From NCBI GenBank assembly GCA_031279185.1, contig JAITIY010000025.1, forward strand, positions 1-61,167: 61,167 bases of DNA, read 5' to 3'. The translations under genes were made by a program, and so were the position numbers. The notes below the pieces were generated by a model. That model saw nothing but the letters and a program-made list of their open reading frames with translations. It did not search any database and was not told where the DNA came from. Origin of the DNA: Holosporales bacterium. GTDB lineage: Bacteria > Pseudomonadota > Alphaproteobacteria > BNTO01. The stretch's first letter is position 1; each line of letters opens with the position of its first letter. Shown here piece after piece: positions 31,505-40,959 of this stretch.

Positions 31505-31636
31505 TTACTGAGCAAAATTGATCAAACCCATAGCTATCTATACTATAAAACAAATAATAATTGTGAAAAAAACGCTATAATTTTGTATGTTCCAGTGCAA
31601 ACGCTTCGATACAGGTCATGTTAATGGTCAACTTGG

Positions 31637-32143
31637 TCACTTGATTTGTGGATTCACTCGTTCTGCAATAGTTAGTCTATTGTATTCGACTTCTTGCCAA
31701 GAATTGACATCTGCGACTAAAACTGCGCACTCACAAGAGTTTAGTACTTCTTGTGTAGAACACACCGATTTCATAAATTGTGAAAGGCATGGGTTATGTC
31801 CTACAACCAGTATCGTGTTGTACATCGCAGGAGTCCACTGAATTTTATTTTTTAGTTCAGACTCTGTTATCTGGTGCAGATTATCATCAAACATAAATTT
31901 TGGGATAGAATTGATGTTTTGGTAGATCGCTTGAAAAGTTTGCCTTGCGCGCTTTGTGTTTGAGCACAAAACGAACTCAATTTCTTTGAAAATTTGATTA
32001 TTTATTGTGTTCATTTGCTCAATTTGCAGTAATCCCATAACGCTAATTGGTTGTTCATGTTCATACTCAAGAAAGTTGATTGAATATGAATCAGCATGTC
32101 TTAAAAGTACAATAGTTTTCAATCCTAAATCTCCAAATAACAA
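31637..32143 (-). CDS. sixA: Histidine phosphatase family protein (SixA-like phosphohistidine phosphatase)
   Basis: IVLLRHADS (RHG-type motif), ..CS...RA.QT, ..ILVVGHNP. About 165 aa. Confidence 0.7.
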   Translation of the reverse strand: MLFGDLGLKTIVLLRHADSYSINFLEYEHEQPISVMGLLQIEQMNTINNQIFKEIEFVLCSNTKRARQTFQAIYQNINSIPKFMFDDNLHQITESELKNKIQWTPAMYNTILVVGHNPCLSQFMKSVCSTQEVLNSCECAVLVADVNSWQEVEYNRLTIAERVNPQIK

Positions 32144-32316
32144 TAATCATTACTGCTACTAAATAAATCACGCTTATTCAACTGTAGTTATAACTGAATT
32201 TATTTTGCATGAATAAATAAAATTCATATTTTTTATGACTTTATTAATAACTTCTTCTATATAATTAAGTGTAAATTGCTTTGAAATCAAAAGTAAAGAG
32301 ATGCACAAAAAGGCAA

Positions 32317-33384
32317 ATGAATAGCATAGAAGAGCAAATATTATGGATTCGGTTGGCTTTGTCGAAAAAAATTGGACCAATTACGTTTTGGAAAATTTTA
32401 AGCAAAAGTAAAAATAATATTTATAACGCGTGCAAATTGGTAGAAAACCTTGCGACAGAAGATGTAGCAGAAAAAGAATTGTCAAAACATAAAAAGCATG
32501 GATTTTCGATACTTTTAGCTAAAGATGCAGCTTTCCCGCAGAAATTACTTAATTTAAAAGATTGCCCACCACTTTTAAGCGTTGTTGGCAATCTAGAATT
32601 ACTTAACAAACCAACTATTGCAATTGTAGGCGCGCGTAACGCTTCTTTAGCGGGTAAAAGTTTTGCAGCAAAATTTGCGAAAAATTTAGGGCTTAACGGA
32701 TTTACAACTGTTTCCGGTATGGCTCGTGGAATTGATGGCGCCGCACATTGTGGTAGCATGGAGACTGGTAGCATTGCTGTATTGGCTGGAGGTGTAGATG
32801 TTATTTATCCACAAGAAAATACTGATATTTATGAAAATTTAAAAAAACACGGTGTTATTGTATCTGAAATGCCGATTGGCACGGTTGTTGATGCAACTTT
32901 ATTTCCACGCCGAAATAGAATTATCGCAGGATTAGCTCAAGGAATTGTCTTGATTGAGGCGGCAGAACAATCTGGATCGTTGATAACAGCAAAATATGCG
33001 TTAGAAAACAATATAGAAATTTTTGCTGTCCCTGGGTCTCCACTAGATTCACGATCTCGAGGATGTAATAATCTAATTAAACAAGGTGCTACACTTGTTG
33101 ACTCTGCTGACGATGTGTTGTCATACATGGGGATTGCTATAAAGCACGTTGAAGCCGTTAACAAACAAAAAAACGATCAATGCTATCAGCGTAACGAAAC
33201 AGATCACTGTTCTGAGCTAAAAGAATCTATTCTAGCTGAAATTAGCCATACACCAATTCCAATTGATTCTCTGTTTCAAACACAAGATTGTAGTTTGTCT
33301 CGTTTGCTGACTTTATTAACAGAACTAGAACATGACGGAAAAGTCTTGCGACATGTGAATAATTATGTTTCACTGGCCGATTAA
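32317..33384 (+). CDS. dprA: DNA-processing protein DprA (ATG 32317 preferred)
   Basis: ..P..L...G......P.IAIVGAR.AS..G...A..FA..L...G.T.VSGMARGID.AAH.G......IAVLAGG.D.IYP.EN; SG.L.TA..A.E.....FAVPG. Confidence 0.93.
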   Translation: MNSIEEQILWIRLALSKKIGPITFWKILSKSKNNIYNACKLVENLATEDVAEKELSKHKKHGFSILLAKDAAFPQKLLNLKDCPPLLSVVGNLELLNKPTIAIVGARNASLAGKSFAAKFAKNLGLNGFTTVSGMARGIDGAAHCGSMETGSIAVLAGGVDVIYPQENTDIYENLKKHGVIVSEMPIGTVVDATLFPRRNRIIAGLAQGIVLIEAAEQSGSLITAKYALENNIEIFAVPGSPLDSRSRGCNNLIKQGATLVDSADDVLSYMGIAIKHVEAVNKQKNDQCYQRNETDHCSELKESILAEISHTPIPIDSLFQTQDCSLSRLLTLLTELEHDGKVLRHVNNYVSLAD

Positions 33385-33498
33385 AGCATTTGCGAGAGAC
33401 ATTGAAGATTGTTGATTCGTTTCATTAAAAAATGCGTTAGCAAATAAAACTATGTTGTGCATATATTGTTGAGGTTATTGTTTACAACTGTTGGGAAA

Positions 33499-34254
33499 AT
33501 GCGTTTAGCAAAGTTTTTAGCCGTAAAAAATGTTTGTTCACGACGTGATGCTGAGAAGCATATTGTACAGGGTAATGTTGTCGTTAATGGACAGGTTATT
33601 AATTCTCCAGTTTTTTTTGTTGATGACAACGATGTTGTAAGTTTTTGTGGGAAATATGTTAATAAGGAAATTCAACCAAAATTATGGATGTATTATAAAC
33701 CAAACGGAGAAATTACTTCACACAATGATCCACAAAAAAGAAAAACTGTATTTGAATCAGTGAAACAGAAAGGACTTCCGCGCGTTGTGTCTATTGGTAG
33801 GTTGGACATAAATTCAGAGGGACTTATTCTGTTAACAAATAGCAGCACACTAGCTCATGAGCTTGAAACAACACATCTTCAACGTGTTTATAAAGTACGT
33901 GCTTTCGGAGTGATTGATGATAAAAAGTTATCAAAATACGCTGAAATATCAGATGATATGTCTGAGATTATTTTAAAAAATATCGTTATTTCGGGGATAC
34001 GTTACATGCCAATACGAATCAGTATCGAAGCAAAACAAGCGCAGCCATCAATTTCGCATAATTTTTGGTTAACTGTTGCAATAACAGAAGGGAAAAATCG
34101 TGAAATTCGTAAAATTATGAATTTTATTGGACTACAAGTTAATAGATTAATTCGCATTCAGTATGGGCCATACGCTATTGGCGATATGCGTCCTGGCGAA
34201 ATCAATGAGTGCTTAAAGTCTTTTGCAAAGAACAACAAGTTATGTTCCGGATAA
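33499..34254 (+). CDS. rluB: Pseudouridine synthase, RsuA/RluB family (S4 domain plus catalytic GRLD motif)
   Basis: MRLAKFLA...VCSRRDAEK.I..G.V.VNG; GRLDINSEGLILLTN......LE. Confidence 0.88.
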   Translation: MRLAKFLAVKNVCSRRDAEKHIVQGNVVVNGQVINSPVFFVDDNDVVSFCGKYVNKEIQPKLWMYYKPNGEITSHNDPQKRKTVFESVKQKGLPRVVSIGRLDINSEGLILLTNSSTLAHELETTHLQRVYKVRAFGVIDDKKLSKYAEISDDMSEIILKNIVISGIRYMPIRISIEAKQAQPSISHNFWLTVAITEGKNREIRKIMNFIGLQVNRLIRIQYGPYAIGDMRPGEINECLKSFAKNNKLCSG

Positions 34255-35415
34255 ATTATCGTACAGTGGAGCGAATATCGCTAAAATAACCCATAACAAA
34301 AACAAACCAAATAAAGTTAATAAGATTGGTTGAATCAATGAAATTCTTTGTTGTATTTTTTCTGTAAATTTTTGCATTTCAAATTTCGACCCGTACCAAA
34401 TCAAATCTCCTAGCAGGCCACAAGATTCGCCTATTTCTGCGAATTTTGCAGCACTAGTTGGAATAAAATTCACGTTTTTTAATGCATTATGAAATGTAGC
34501 TCCGTTAATAACTTTTTCTATTATACTATCAATTGTTTTTTTTAATGATGGTGATTTGATTTGTTCTTTTGACAAAACTAAAGCCTCTCTTACTGCAATT
34601 CCTGATTGCAATAAACATGCTAGTGTGTGTAACCACATTAGACTGCTATGGTTTACATGATTTGTTGATACTAAAGTGAATCGTTTCCACAAAAAGAATA
34701 GTCCAGTGCAAAAGGTAAACAACAACAAAATACTCACGTATTGGTGATTAACTGATAAGTCAGACAAAGAGAACAACAACCGTTGATTAGTTGTTCCGTT
34801 GAAAAAAGTTTTAATATTTGGAATTATAGTACGAAGGGTAATAATGAAAAAAAGCGACACAATTAATAAAACACAAAGAGGATAAATAATAGCTTTTTGT
34901 TGTTGTTTTTTTAATAAAGCACTTGTCTCGAAATTTTTATGCAGCATTGAACATATTTTTTTGACATTACTAGATTTTTCTGCACTTTTTATAGCATTCA
35001 CCACAAACGGTTTGAATATACGTGGATAATGCACCAGTGCATCTGCAAATGAAGCTCCATTAGTTATATTAACTAAAATTTCAGTCAAAATTCTTTTAGT
35101 AGATCTAACATTAGTTGTTGTGGAAATAATACTTAATGCATCTTTTAGTGTAATTTTTTGAGCCAGTAAAATGGATAATTGACAAAAAAAATCCTGTAAA
35201 TTAATCGCATTGTTGTTTAGCTTATTCAGAGTACAATTCGTAATTTTGATAAGAATTAATCCATTTTGTCTTAACTCATTTGCAACTCCGTCTGTATCTC
35301 TGCCATCAACATATCCATACACAACTTCACCATTTTTATTTGTAGCTTTATACGAATACAGAGGCATAGGCTTTTTGCAAAGAGTCGTCGTGCTACAGAA
35401 CATTGTTACATTCAT
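34240..35415 (-). CDS. Type II secretion / type IV pilus platform protein, GspF/PilC family (orphan in this window)
   Basis: 391 aa. The N-terminal ..YSYKATNKNGEVVYGYVDGRDTDGVANELRQNGLILIKI is typical of GspF/PilC. Two T2SSF-like repeats and 3 TM segments. Confidence 0.8.
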   Translation of the reverse strand: MNVTMFCSTTTLCKKPMPLYSYKATNKNGEVVYGYVDGRDTDGVANELRQNGLILIKITNCTLNKLNNNAINLQDFFCQLSILLAQKITLKDALSIISTTTNVRSTKRILTEILVNITNGASFADALVHYPRIFKPFVVNAIKSAEKSSNVKKICSMLHKNFETSALLKKQQQKAIIYPLCVLLIVSLFFIITLRTIIPNIKTFFNGTTNQRLLFSLSDLSVNHQYVSILLLFTFCTGLFFLWKRFTLVSTNHVNHSSLMWLHTLACLLQSGIAVREALVLSKEQIKSPSLKKTIDSIIEKVINGATFHNALKNVNFIPTSAAKFAEIGESCGLLGDLIWYGSKFEMQKFTEKIQQRISLIQPILLTLFGLFLLWVILAIFAPLYDNLSGT

Positions 35416-35469
35416 TTTTCTGTTTCACAAATTTCGTTTTTCTATATGCGAAGAATTGCATAACGTTAG

Positions 35470-36705
35470 CTAACTTCCTCGGATTGCCTCTGCTGGATCT
35501 AGTTTAGCCGCCCTTAATGCAGGATAGAGTGTGGCGAGCAAAGAAAGAATGATGGATATAGATGATATCGAAATGACTTCAACAAAATTTAACTTTGATG
35601 GCAAAGTGGATAAGAAATAAATCTCTGGCGAAAATAAGTTTGTTGAGAAAAGCTGTTGTATGAATTGTACAATATGGTTGATGTTTAATGTTATAACGAT
35701 ACCGAGCAGTAATCCTACTGCAGTGCCGAATAGACCAATCGCGGATCCCGTCATCATAAATATGCGCATAATTGAACCGCTACTTGCTCCAATTGTTTTA
35801 ATAATTGCAATATCGCGTGTCTTGTCTTTAACAAGCATTACTAAACCAGAGATAATGTTAAATGATGCTATTACAATAATTAACGTTAATATTAAAAACA
35901 TTACATTTCGTTCAACCTGAATAGCTTGAAAAAAATTAGAATCTCCATGTCTCCAGCCAAGTACCATCATGTTTTTCGGTAGAAGTTTTTTGATTTCGCT
36001 AACAATAGAATTGTTCTTTTGGATATCACTTGTAAAAATTTCGTATTGCGTTAATGATTTTTCCATTTGAAAAAAATCTTGTCCAGCGCATAACGGCATT
36101 ATTGCCATGTTTTTATCGTAGTCAATCATTCCAACTTCAAATAACCCTATAACTTTAAATTCTTGTTGTTTGGGAACTGTTCCAAATGGAGTTGATATTC
36201 CTTGCGGATCCATCAGAGTTACATTGTCTCCGATCTGAACGTTCATTAATTCAGCCATTCTTTTCCCTAAAAAAATGACATTTCCGACAAATAAATCCGT
36301 ATTAAATTTTGGCAACACAGCGTTTACCAACATATCTCGTTGCATAAATGTTTGCGGGCTCATAGCCAAAACGACAACGCCGCGTGTTTTGCCAGATCCT
36401 GTAATAATAGTTTGTTTTTCTAATATCGGGCAAACTTGAGTAACGTTATTACATTTTCGTAGTCTGTCTGTAAGAAGTTCATCTTCAGGAACATCATTGC
36501 AGCTGTACACAATTATGTGCCCCTTCATGCCTATAATTCTATTCAGTAATTCTTCTCTGAAACCACCCATAACTGACATAACGATAATTAAAGTAGCAAC
36601 ACCAAGACATATTCCCAAAAATGAAAAACTTGTAATAACGGATAGAAAACTATCTTTTCTTTTTGAACGCAAATATCTTATCGCGATATTACTTTCCCAG
36701 CTCAT
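35470..36705 (-). CDS. lolC: Lipoprotein-releasing system permease, LolC/LolE family
   Basis: MSWESNIAIRYLRSKRKDSFLSVITSFSFLGICLGVATLIIVMSVMGGF.EEL..RI.G. C-terminal FtsX domain ..IKTIGAS...I..IF...G..IG..G...G. Confidence 0.92.
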   Translation of the reverse strand: MSWESNIAIRYLRSKRKDSFLSVITSFSFLGICLGVATLIIVMSVMGGFREELLNRIIGMKGHIIVYSCNDVPEDELLTDRLRKCNNVTQVCPILEKQTIITGSGKTRGVVVLAMSPQTFMQRDMLVNAVLPKFNTDLFVGNVIFLGKRMAELMNVQIGDNVTLMDPQGISTPFGTVPKQQEFKVIGLFEVGMIDYDKNMAIMPLCAGQDFFQMEKSLTQYEIFTSDIQKNNSIVSEIKKLLPKNMMVLGWRHGDSNFFQAIQVERNVMFLILTLIIVIASFNIISGLVMLVKDKTRDIAIIKTIGASSGSIMRIFMMTGSAIGLFGTAVGLLLGIVITLNINHIVQFIQQLFSTNLFSPEIYFLSTLPSKLNFVEVISISSISIILSLLATLYPALRAAKLDPAEAIRGS

Positions 36706-37001
36706 TCTTTCTCCTCAAGAGATGACACTAAGTCATTAAATTGCGTTACACTATCGCTATTTTGCAAAAACATCGTTAGCTTTTTGCGAAGTGTATTTCG
36801 ATTGATACCCAAAATTTTTGCAGCTTTTTTTTGATTTCCTCCAGCAAATTTAAGTGTTAGAAACAACAGAGGACGTTCCACTTCAGATATCACGATGTCG
36901 TATAATCCAGAGGCAGGCAGCAGCGTATCATGTTTTTCGAAGTAATTCATTAACACTTCGTAAACAACTGTGCTCAAATTACTTTTCTTTTTATTTGGCA
37001 T
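36702..37001 (-). CDS. Fis-family DNA-binding protein (HTH_8)
   Basis: 99 aa. C-terminal ..GGNQKKAAKILGINRNTLRKKL is the Fis/NtrC-type HTH. Its stop overlaps the lolC start (ATGA). Confidence 0.85.
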   Translation of the reverse strand: MPNKKKSNLSTVVYEVLMNYFEKHDTLLPASGLYDIVISEVERPLLFLTLKFAGGNQKKAAKILGINRNTLRKKLTMFLQNSDSVTQFNDLVSSLEEKE

Positions 37002-37381
37002 AGCTTGGAAAAGAAATTCTGAAATACTTTTAGTTCCACCATTGTAAACAAAATCGCGACAGAAAGACAGATAACTATATTTTCGTGGCTGGATCCCTCA
37101 ACATAAGTTACATTTACTAACTATTCAAAACTGTAGTCAATGAAACAAGTCTCTAGATAAAAAATGACAATATGCGACAAAAGACGACTTTTGAACTTTA
37201 TAATTTACGCACTGGCCTCAGATGTATTATTACATGCGGATTCAAACACATATGAAGCAAAAGCTCAGTAAATTATGAATCCCTGCAAGAATTATACGTT
37301 CACACACAGCAAATTTATATGGAAACATGTATATTTTCGCAGCATAATGACGCTACGTACTTTTTAATAAATATGCAGAAA

Positions 37382-38644
37382 ATGTCGTATAAGATAGATC
37401 AGATTATAGCGAGAGAGATTTTGGACTCTAGGGGTATACCAACAATTGAAGTAGATGTTGTGTTACAGAACGGAATTTATGGTCGTGCATCTGTTCCTTC
37501 TGGAGCCTCAACTGGATCGCATGAAGCAATCGAACGACGTGACAGTGATTTGCGAAGATTTCACGGTAAAGGAGTACAAAACGTTATCACTGATATTCAA
37601 CAAATAATAGTGCCAGCAATAATCGGTGAAAATGTAGAAAATCAAAGACGGATCGATGAAATGATGTGCGAAATAGACGGTACTCCAAACAAATCTAAGC
37701 TTGGAGCAAACGCGATTCTGGCGATTAGTTTAGCCACAGCTAGAGCGAATGCTAACGCAAAAAATTTGCCACTTTATGCTACTCTAGGATCAGAAACAAT
37801 TCTTCCGATGCCTTTAGTAAACATACTAAATGGTGGAGCTCATGCAGATAATGATATAAGCATTCAAGAATTCATGATAGTACCTACTAGCGCCGGTTGC
37901 TTTTCTGAAGCTCTTCGTATGTGTTCAGAAGTATTTCATTCATTAAAACATTTATTAAAAAAACATAGACACAATACAAATGTTGGTGATGAAGGTGGCT
38001 TGGCTCCAAATTTAAAATCATCAAAAGAAGTTTTTGATTTTCTTACAATGGCCATCGAACAAGCAGGATATAAAGCCGGTATCGATATACATTTCGCAAT
38101 AGATGTCGCTTCCAGCGAATTATTTGATGGTACTTATTATCGGATAGATGGAGAAAATTTGTATTCTGATGAGGTCATTGAATATTATAAAGATCTTATA
38201 AAAAACTATCCAATAATCTCTATCGAAGATGGCTTAAGTGAAGACGATTGGGATGGTTGGATTAAAATGACCAATGAGCTAAATGTTCAATTAGTTGGTG
38301 ATGATTTATTTGTTACAAATCAAGCCAGGTTATTAAAAGGTATTCACGAAAATGCAGCAAATTCTATTTTAATTAAGCTAAATCAGATCGGGACGCTAAC
38401 AGAAACGATTGACGTTATCAATCTTGCAAAAACAAATTCATGGAACACAGTTGTTTCTCATCGATCTGGAGAAACAGAGGATTCCTTTATTTCAGATTTA
38501 TCTGTGGCAACTGGTTCTGGACAAATTAAAGCAGGATCTATGTCTCGAGGTGAACGTTTAGCTAAATATAATCAGTTAATTCGAATTGAACAAACCCTGG
38601 GGCCTTCAGCTAAATTTGCTACGATGCAAGTATTTTCAAGGTAA
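37382..38644 (+). CDS. eno: Enolase (ATG 37382 preferred)
   Basis: MSYKIDQIIAREILDSRGIPTIEVDV.L..G..GRASVPSGASTGSHEA.E.RD; ..SHRSGETED.FI.DL.VA...GQIK.G...R.ER.AKYNQL.RIE. Confidence 0.98.
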   Translation: MSYKIDQIIAREILDSRGIPTIEVDVVLQNGIYGRASVPSGASTGSHEAIERRDSDLRRFHGKGVQNVITDIQQIIVPAIIGENVENQRRIDEMMCEIDGTPNKSKLGANAILAISLATARANANAKNLPLYATLGSETILPMPLVNILNGGAHADNDISIQEFMIVPTSAGCFSEALRMCSEVFHSLKHLLKKHRHNTNVGDEGGLAPNLKSSKEVFDFLTMAIEQAGYKAGIDIHFAIDVASSELFDGTYYRIDGENLYSDEVIEYYKDLIKNYPIISIEDGLSEDDWDGWIKMTNELNVQLVGDDLFVTNQARLLKGIHENAANSILIKLNQIGTLTETIDVINLAKTNSWNTVVSHRSGETEDSFISDLSVATGSGQIKAGSMSRGERLAKYNQLIRIEQTLGPSAKFATMQVFSR

Positions 38645-38752
38645 TACCAACTTGTGTAATTAATGTTACTGGTACGTGTCGTAAAATTGTCAATTTGATT
38701 TGGCTTGTATGGGACAATCTGTGACATTAATTGTGAGACTTTTTGTAGAAAA

Positions 38753-39247
38753 TCAATCTCCGGACATGATTAACCGTGCGATGGCTTGTTTTGCTATTAT
38801 ATCTGCACGTTCGTTATGAATGTTTCCTGTGTGTCCTTTTATCCATGTCCAAGAAACGACCCTTTTGTTGCATAAAGTATCGATTTTCAACCATAGATCT
38901 TGATTTTTTACTGGTACGTTATTCGCCGTTTTCCACCCATTTTTTTTCCATTTGGGCATCCACTGTACCACACCGTTTTGAAGATATTGACTATCTGTTG
39001 CGATTATTAGCGTACTTCCCTCGGGCATGAACTCCAGCGATGCAATCGCAGCGAATAGTTCCATTCTGTTGTTCGTTGTCTGTTCCTCGCCGCCAAAAAG
39101 CTCGGTGAATATTTCACCTTGATGTAAAATCGCCCCCCAGCCACCTGGTCCTGGATTTCCTCTGCACGCACCATCTGTATACACAAAAGTTGTCTCATTT
39201 TTATTGAGACAACTTCTGAAATTCTCTGCATCAACTAATTGATTCAT
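38753..39247 (-). CDS. rnhA: Ribonuclease HI
   Basis: ..VYTDGACRGNPGPGGWGAIL; TNNRMEL.AAI..LE; DSQY...G...W...WKKNGWKTA...PVKN.DLW; W.KGH.G...NE.AD..A. Confidence 0.96.
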   Translation of the reverse strand: MNQLVDAENFRSCLNKNETTFVYTDGACRGNPGPGGWGAILHQGEIFTELFGGEEQTTNNRMELFAAIASLEFMPEGSTLIIATDSQYLQNGVVQWMPKWKKNGWKTANNVPVKNQDLWLKIDTLCNKRVVSWTWIKGHTGNIHNERADIIAKQAIARLIMSGD

Positions 39248-39299
39248 AAGTGCAACCGCGCTTGTCTTCGCATTTTCTAGAGAGACAATTCACGTATTG

Positions 39300-40232
39300 T
39301 TAGAACTTATATCCTATGCAAACTCCGTAACGAATACCCAAACCCTTCTTTATATGCAAAGTTATCTTTTGCGCTGATATGGAAGGAATCTCTGCAGAAA
39401 CTGCTGCACCTGCCGCACCATTTGCTGCAGCTGGCCCTGTTCCGGTATATGTGGCGTTCTTGTTAAAGTACTTTTGGTCAACATTGCTGTTCAATCCGAT
39501 CGCTATGTTCACATCCGCGCCCAAGAAGACTCCACTATCAAAAAAGTACTTAAATCCTACACCAGGGACGATACTCCACAAAGTCTGTTTGATTGGATCT
39601 TGTTTTGGCGGCGTAACTTTTGTCGGTGAAACAACTGGATTATTCCCGGTAAAATTCGATGCACTTTCATACGTATACTGGGTGTCTAAATCATTGTTCA
39701 GGAATATACCCTTTGTATAATCCGAGTTGGCCAAGGCAAAACTCTGACTAATCTTTGCTGCTGCGCCCTCAACTCCGAACGATAGATACGCGATGGCACT
39801 TGGGGCGATCTGACCTCCAAGCAAAACTGCTGCACCATATTCGAACCGTGGACGAATCGAAACATTTGCCGTTCCAGCAAGGGATACTGCCTCTTTTGAC
39901 TCACCCAACAACAAACTCTTCGTTACTTTTTTGTTGCTTTCAGATAATTTCGCTTCTGTCGCATTCCAATGCAAATAGATTTTTGCTCCAACGTAGACTC
40001 CGTTAAACGAATAACCTCCGCCGAGCTCTCCTCCGCAGTAGAATCCATTGCCAGATGGCGCAAATCCTTCCTTTTGGTCCTTTGCTGTTTTCCCATTTTC
40101 ACGGAAATATTCTTTGACCGAGACGTGTGATCCACCAACAGTCAACCCAACGAACGCACCACTAACCGTTGGCTCCGCGTTTACGGATGGTACAACAAAT
40201 AAACCTGCCATTAAAACTTTTTTAATATCCAT
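39300..40232 (-). CDS. Outer-membrane beta-barrel protein (OmpA-like/Opacity-type barrel or surface antigen)
   Basis: Signal peptide MDIKKVLMAGLFVVPSVNA/EP, alternating hydrophobic beta-strand pattern, and C-terminal ..GIRYGVCIGYKF ending in Phe. No finer family recognised. Confidence 0.75.
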   Translation of the reverse strand: MDIKKVLMAGLFVVPSVNAEPTVSGAFVGLTVGGSHVSVKEYFRENGKTAKDQKEGFAPSGNGFYCGGELGGGYSFNGVYVGAKIYLHWNATEAKLSESNKKVTKSLLLGESKEAVSLAGTANVSIRPRFEYGAAVLLGGQIAPSAIAYLSFGVEGAAAKISQSFALANSDYTKGIFLNNDLDTQYTYESASNFTGNNPVVSPTKVTPPKQDPIKQTLWSIVPGVGFKYFFDSGVFLGADVNIAIGLNSNVDQKYFNKNATYTGTGPAAANGAAGAAVSAEIPSISAQKITLHIKKGLGIRYGVCIGYKF

Positions 40233-40395
40233 AGCGACCTCTTAACAATAATAAACTCTTCCACAGAACTTAAATTCTTGGACACCTACTATCTTGTTAT
40301 ACAACGGCTAACACATCCAATGATATAACAACGTACCGTATTGCATACGCTTTTTAATTGTGTGTTGCTACCGAGCAACATCACAACACACACAT

Positions 40396-40953
40396 TCATA
40401 ATGTGACACCGCCACTTTTTGCAGACAACAACCAGCATTTTCTGCATAAAGATACATATTTATCATGTCCTATATCTTCTTCCGATTTATTATCTGTTGA
40501 CTGCGTTTTCATTGCCATAGTTGCTCTTTTTCCACAACAACAAATAGTCCTAATCTCTCTCAATTCGTCGGCTAATCCTAATAATGCGCTTGAACCCTCA
40601 AACACGTTACCTTGCCAAGATGTTCTCAATCCAAAACACATAACAGGTACATCATTTAGCGAAGTTATTCTGCCTAAATCAAATACTTGCTGTTTCGTCA
40701 AGAATTGCGCTTCATCTATTAATAAAATAGAAGCATCAGCTAGATCTACCTCCATAAAATCAGTTTCTTTATTGAAAATTGTGCATTTCTTTGACACACC
40801 AAGTCTGCAAAAGCACGATCCATTGTTATCGCAGTCATTATATGTGAATATAGCGGTTTTTAATCCTCTTTCTTCGTAATTATGTGCTACTTGCAGCAAT
40901 GATGTGGTTTTCCCTGCATTCATTGCTCCGTATGTAAAAATAAGCTTTGCCAT
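40396..40953 (-). CDS. tdk: Thymidine kinase
   Basis: MAKLIFTYGAMNAGKTTSLLQ.A.NYEERG; LIDEAQFLTKQQV; GLRTS..G..F.GS..LL..AD.L.E....C.CG..A; YVSLCRKCW. Close parallel to E. coli Tdk as I recall it. Confidence 0.96.
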   Translation of the reverse strand: MAKLIFTYGAMNAGKTTSLLQVAHNYEERGLKTAIFTYNDCDNNGSCFCRLGVSKKCTIFNKETDFMEVDLADASILLIDEAQFLTKQQVFDLGRITSLNDVPVMCFGLRTSWQGNVFEGSSALLGLADELREIRTICCCGKRATMAMKTQSTDNKSEEDIGHDKYVSLCRKCWLLSAKSGGVTL

Positions 40954-40959
40954 ATCTCG

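Noticed and set aside
32174-32380. 68-aa hydrophobic ORF on the minus strand between sixA and dprA
   Set aside because: It overlaps the dprA 5' end, is very AT-rich, and has no RBS or family resemblance. This is insufficient to call.
37164-37274. 36-aa ORF (MTICDKRRLLNFIIYALASDVLLHADSNTYEAKAQ) in the long fis-eno intergenic region
   Set aside because: Too short, no RBS, and no recognisable family. It could be a gene remnant, but that cannot be supported from sequence alone.
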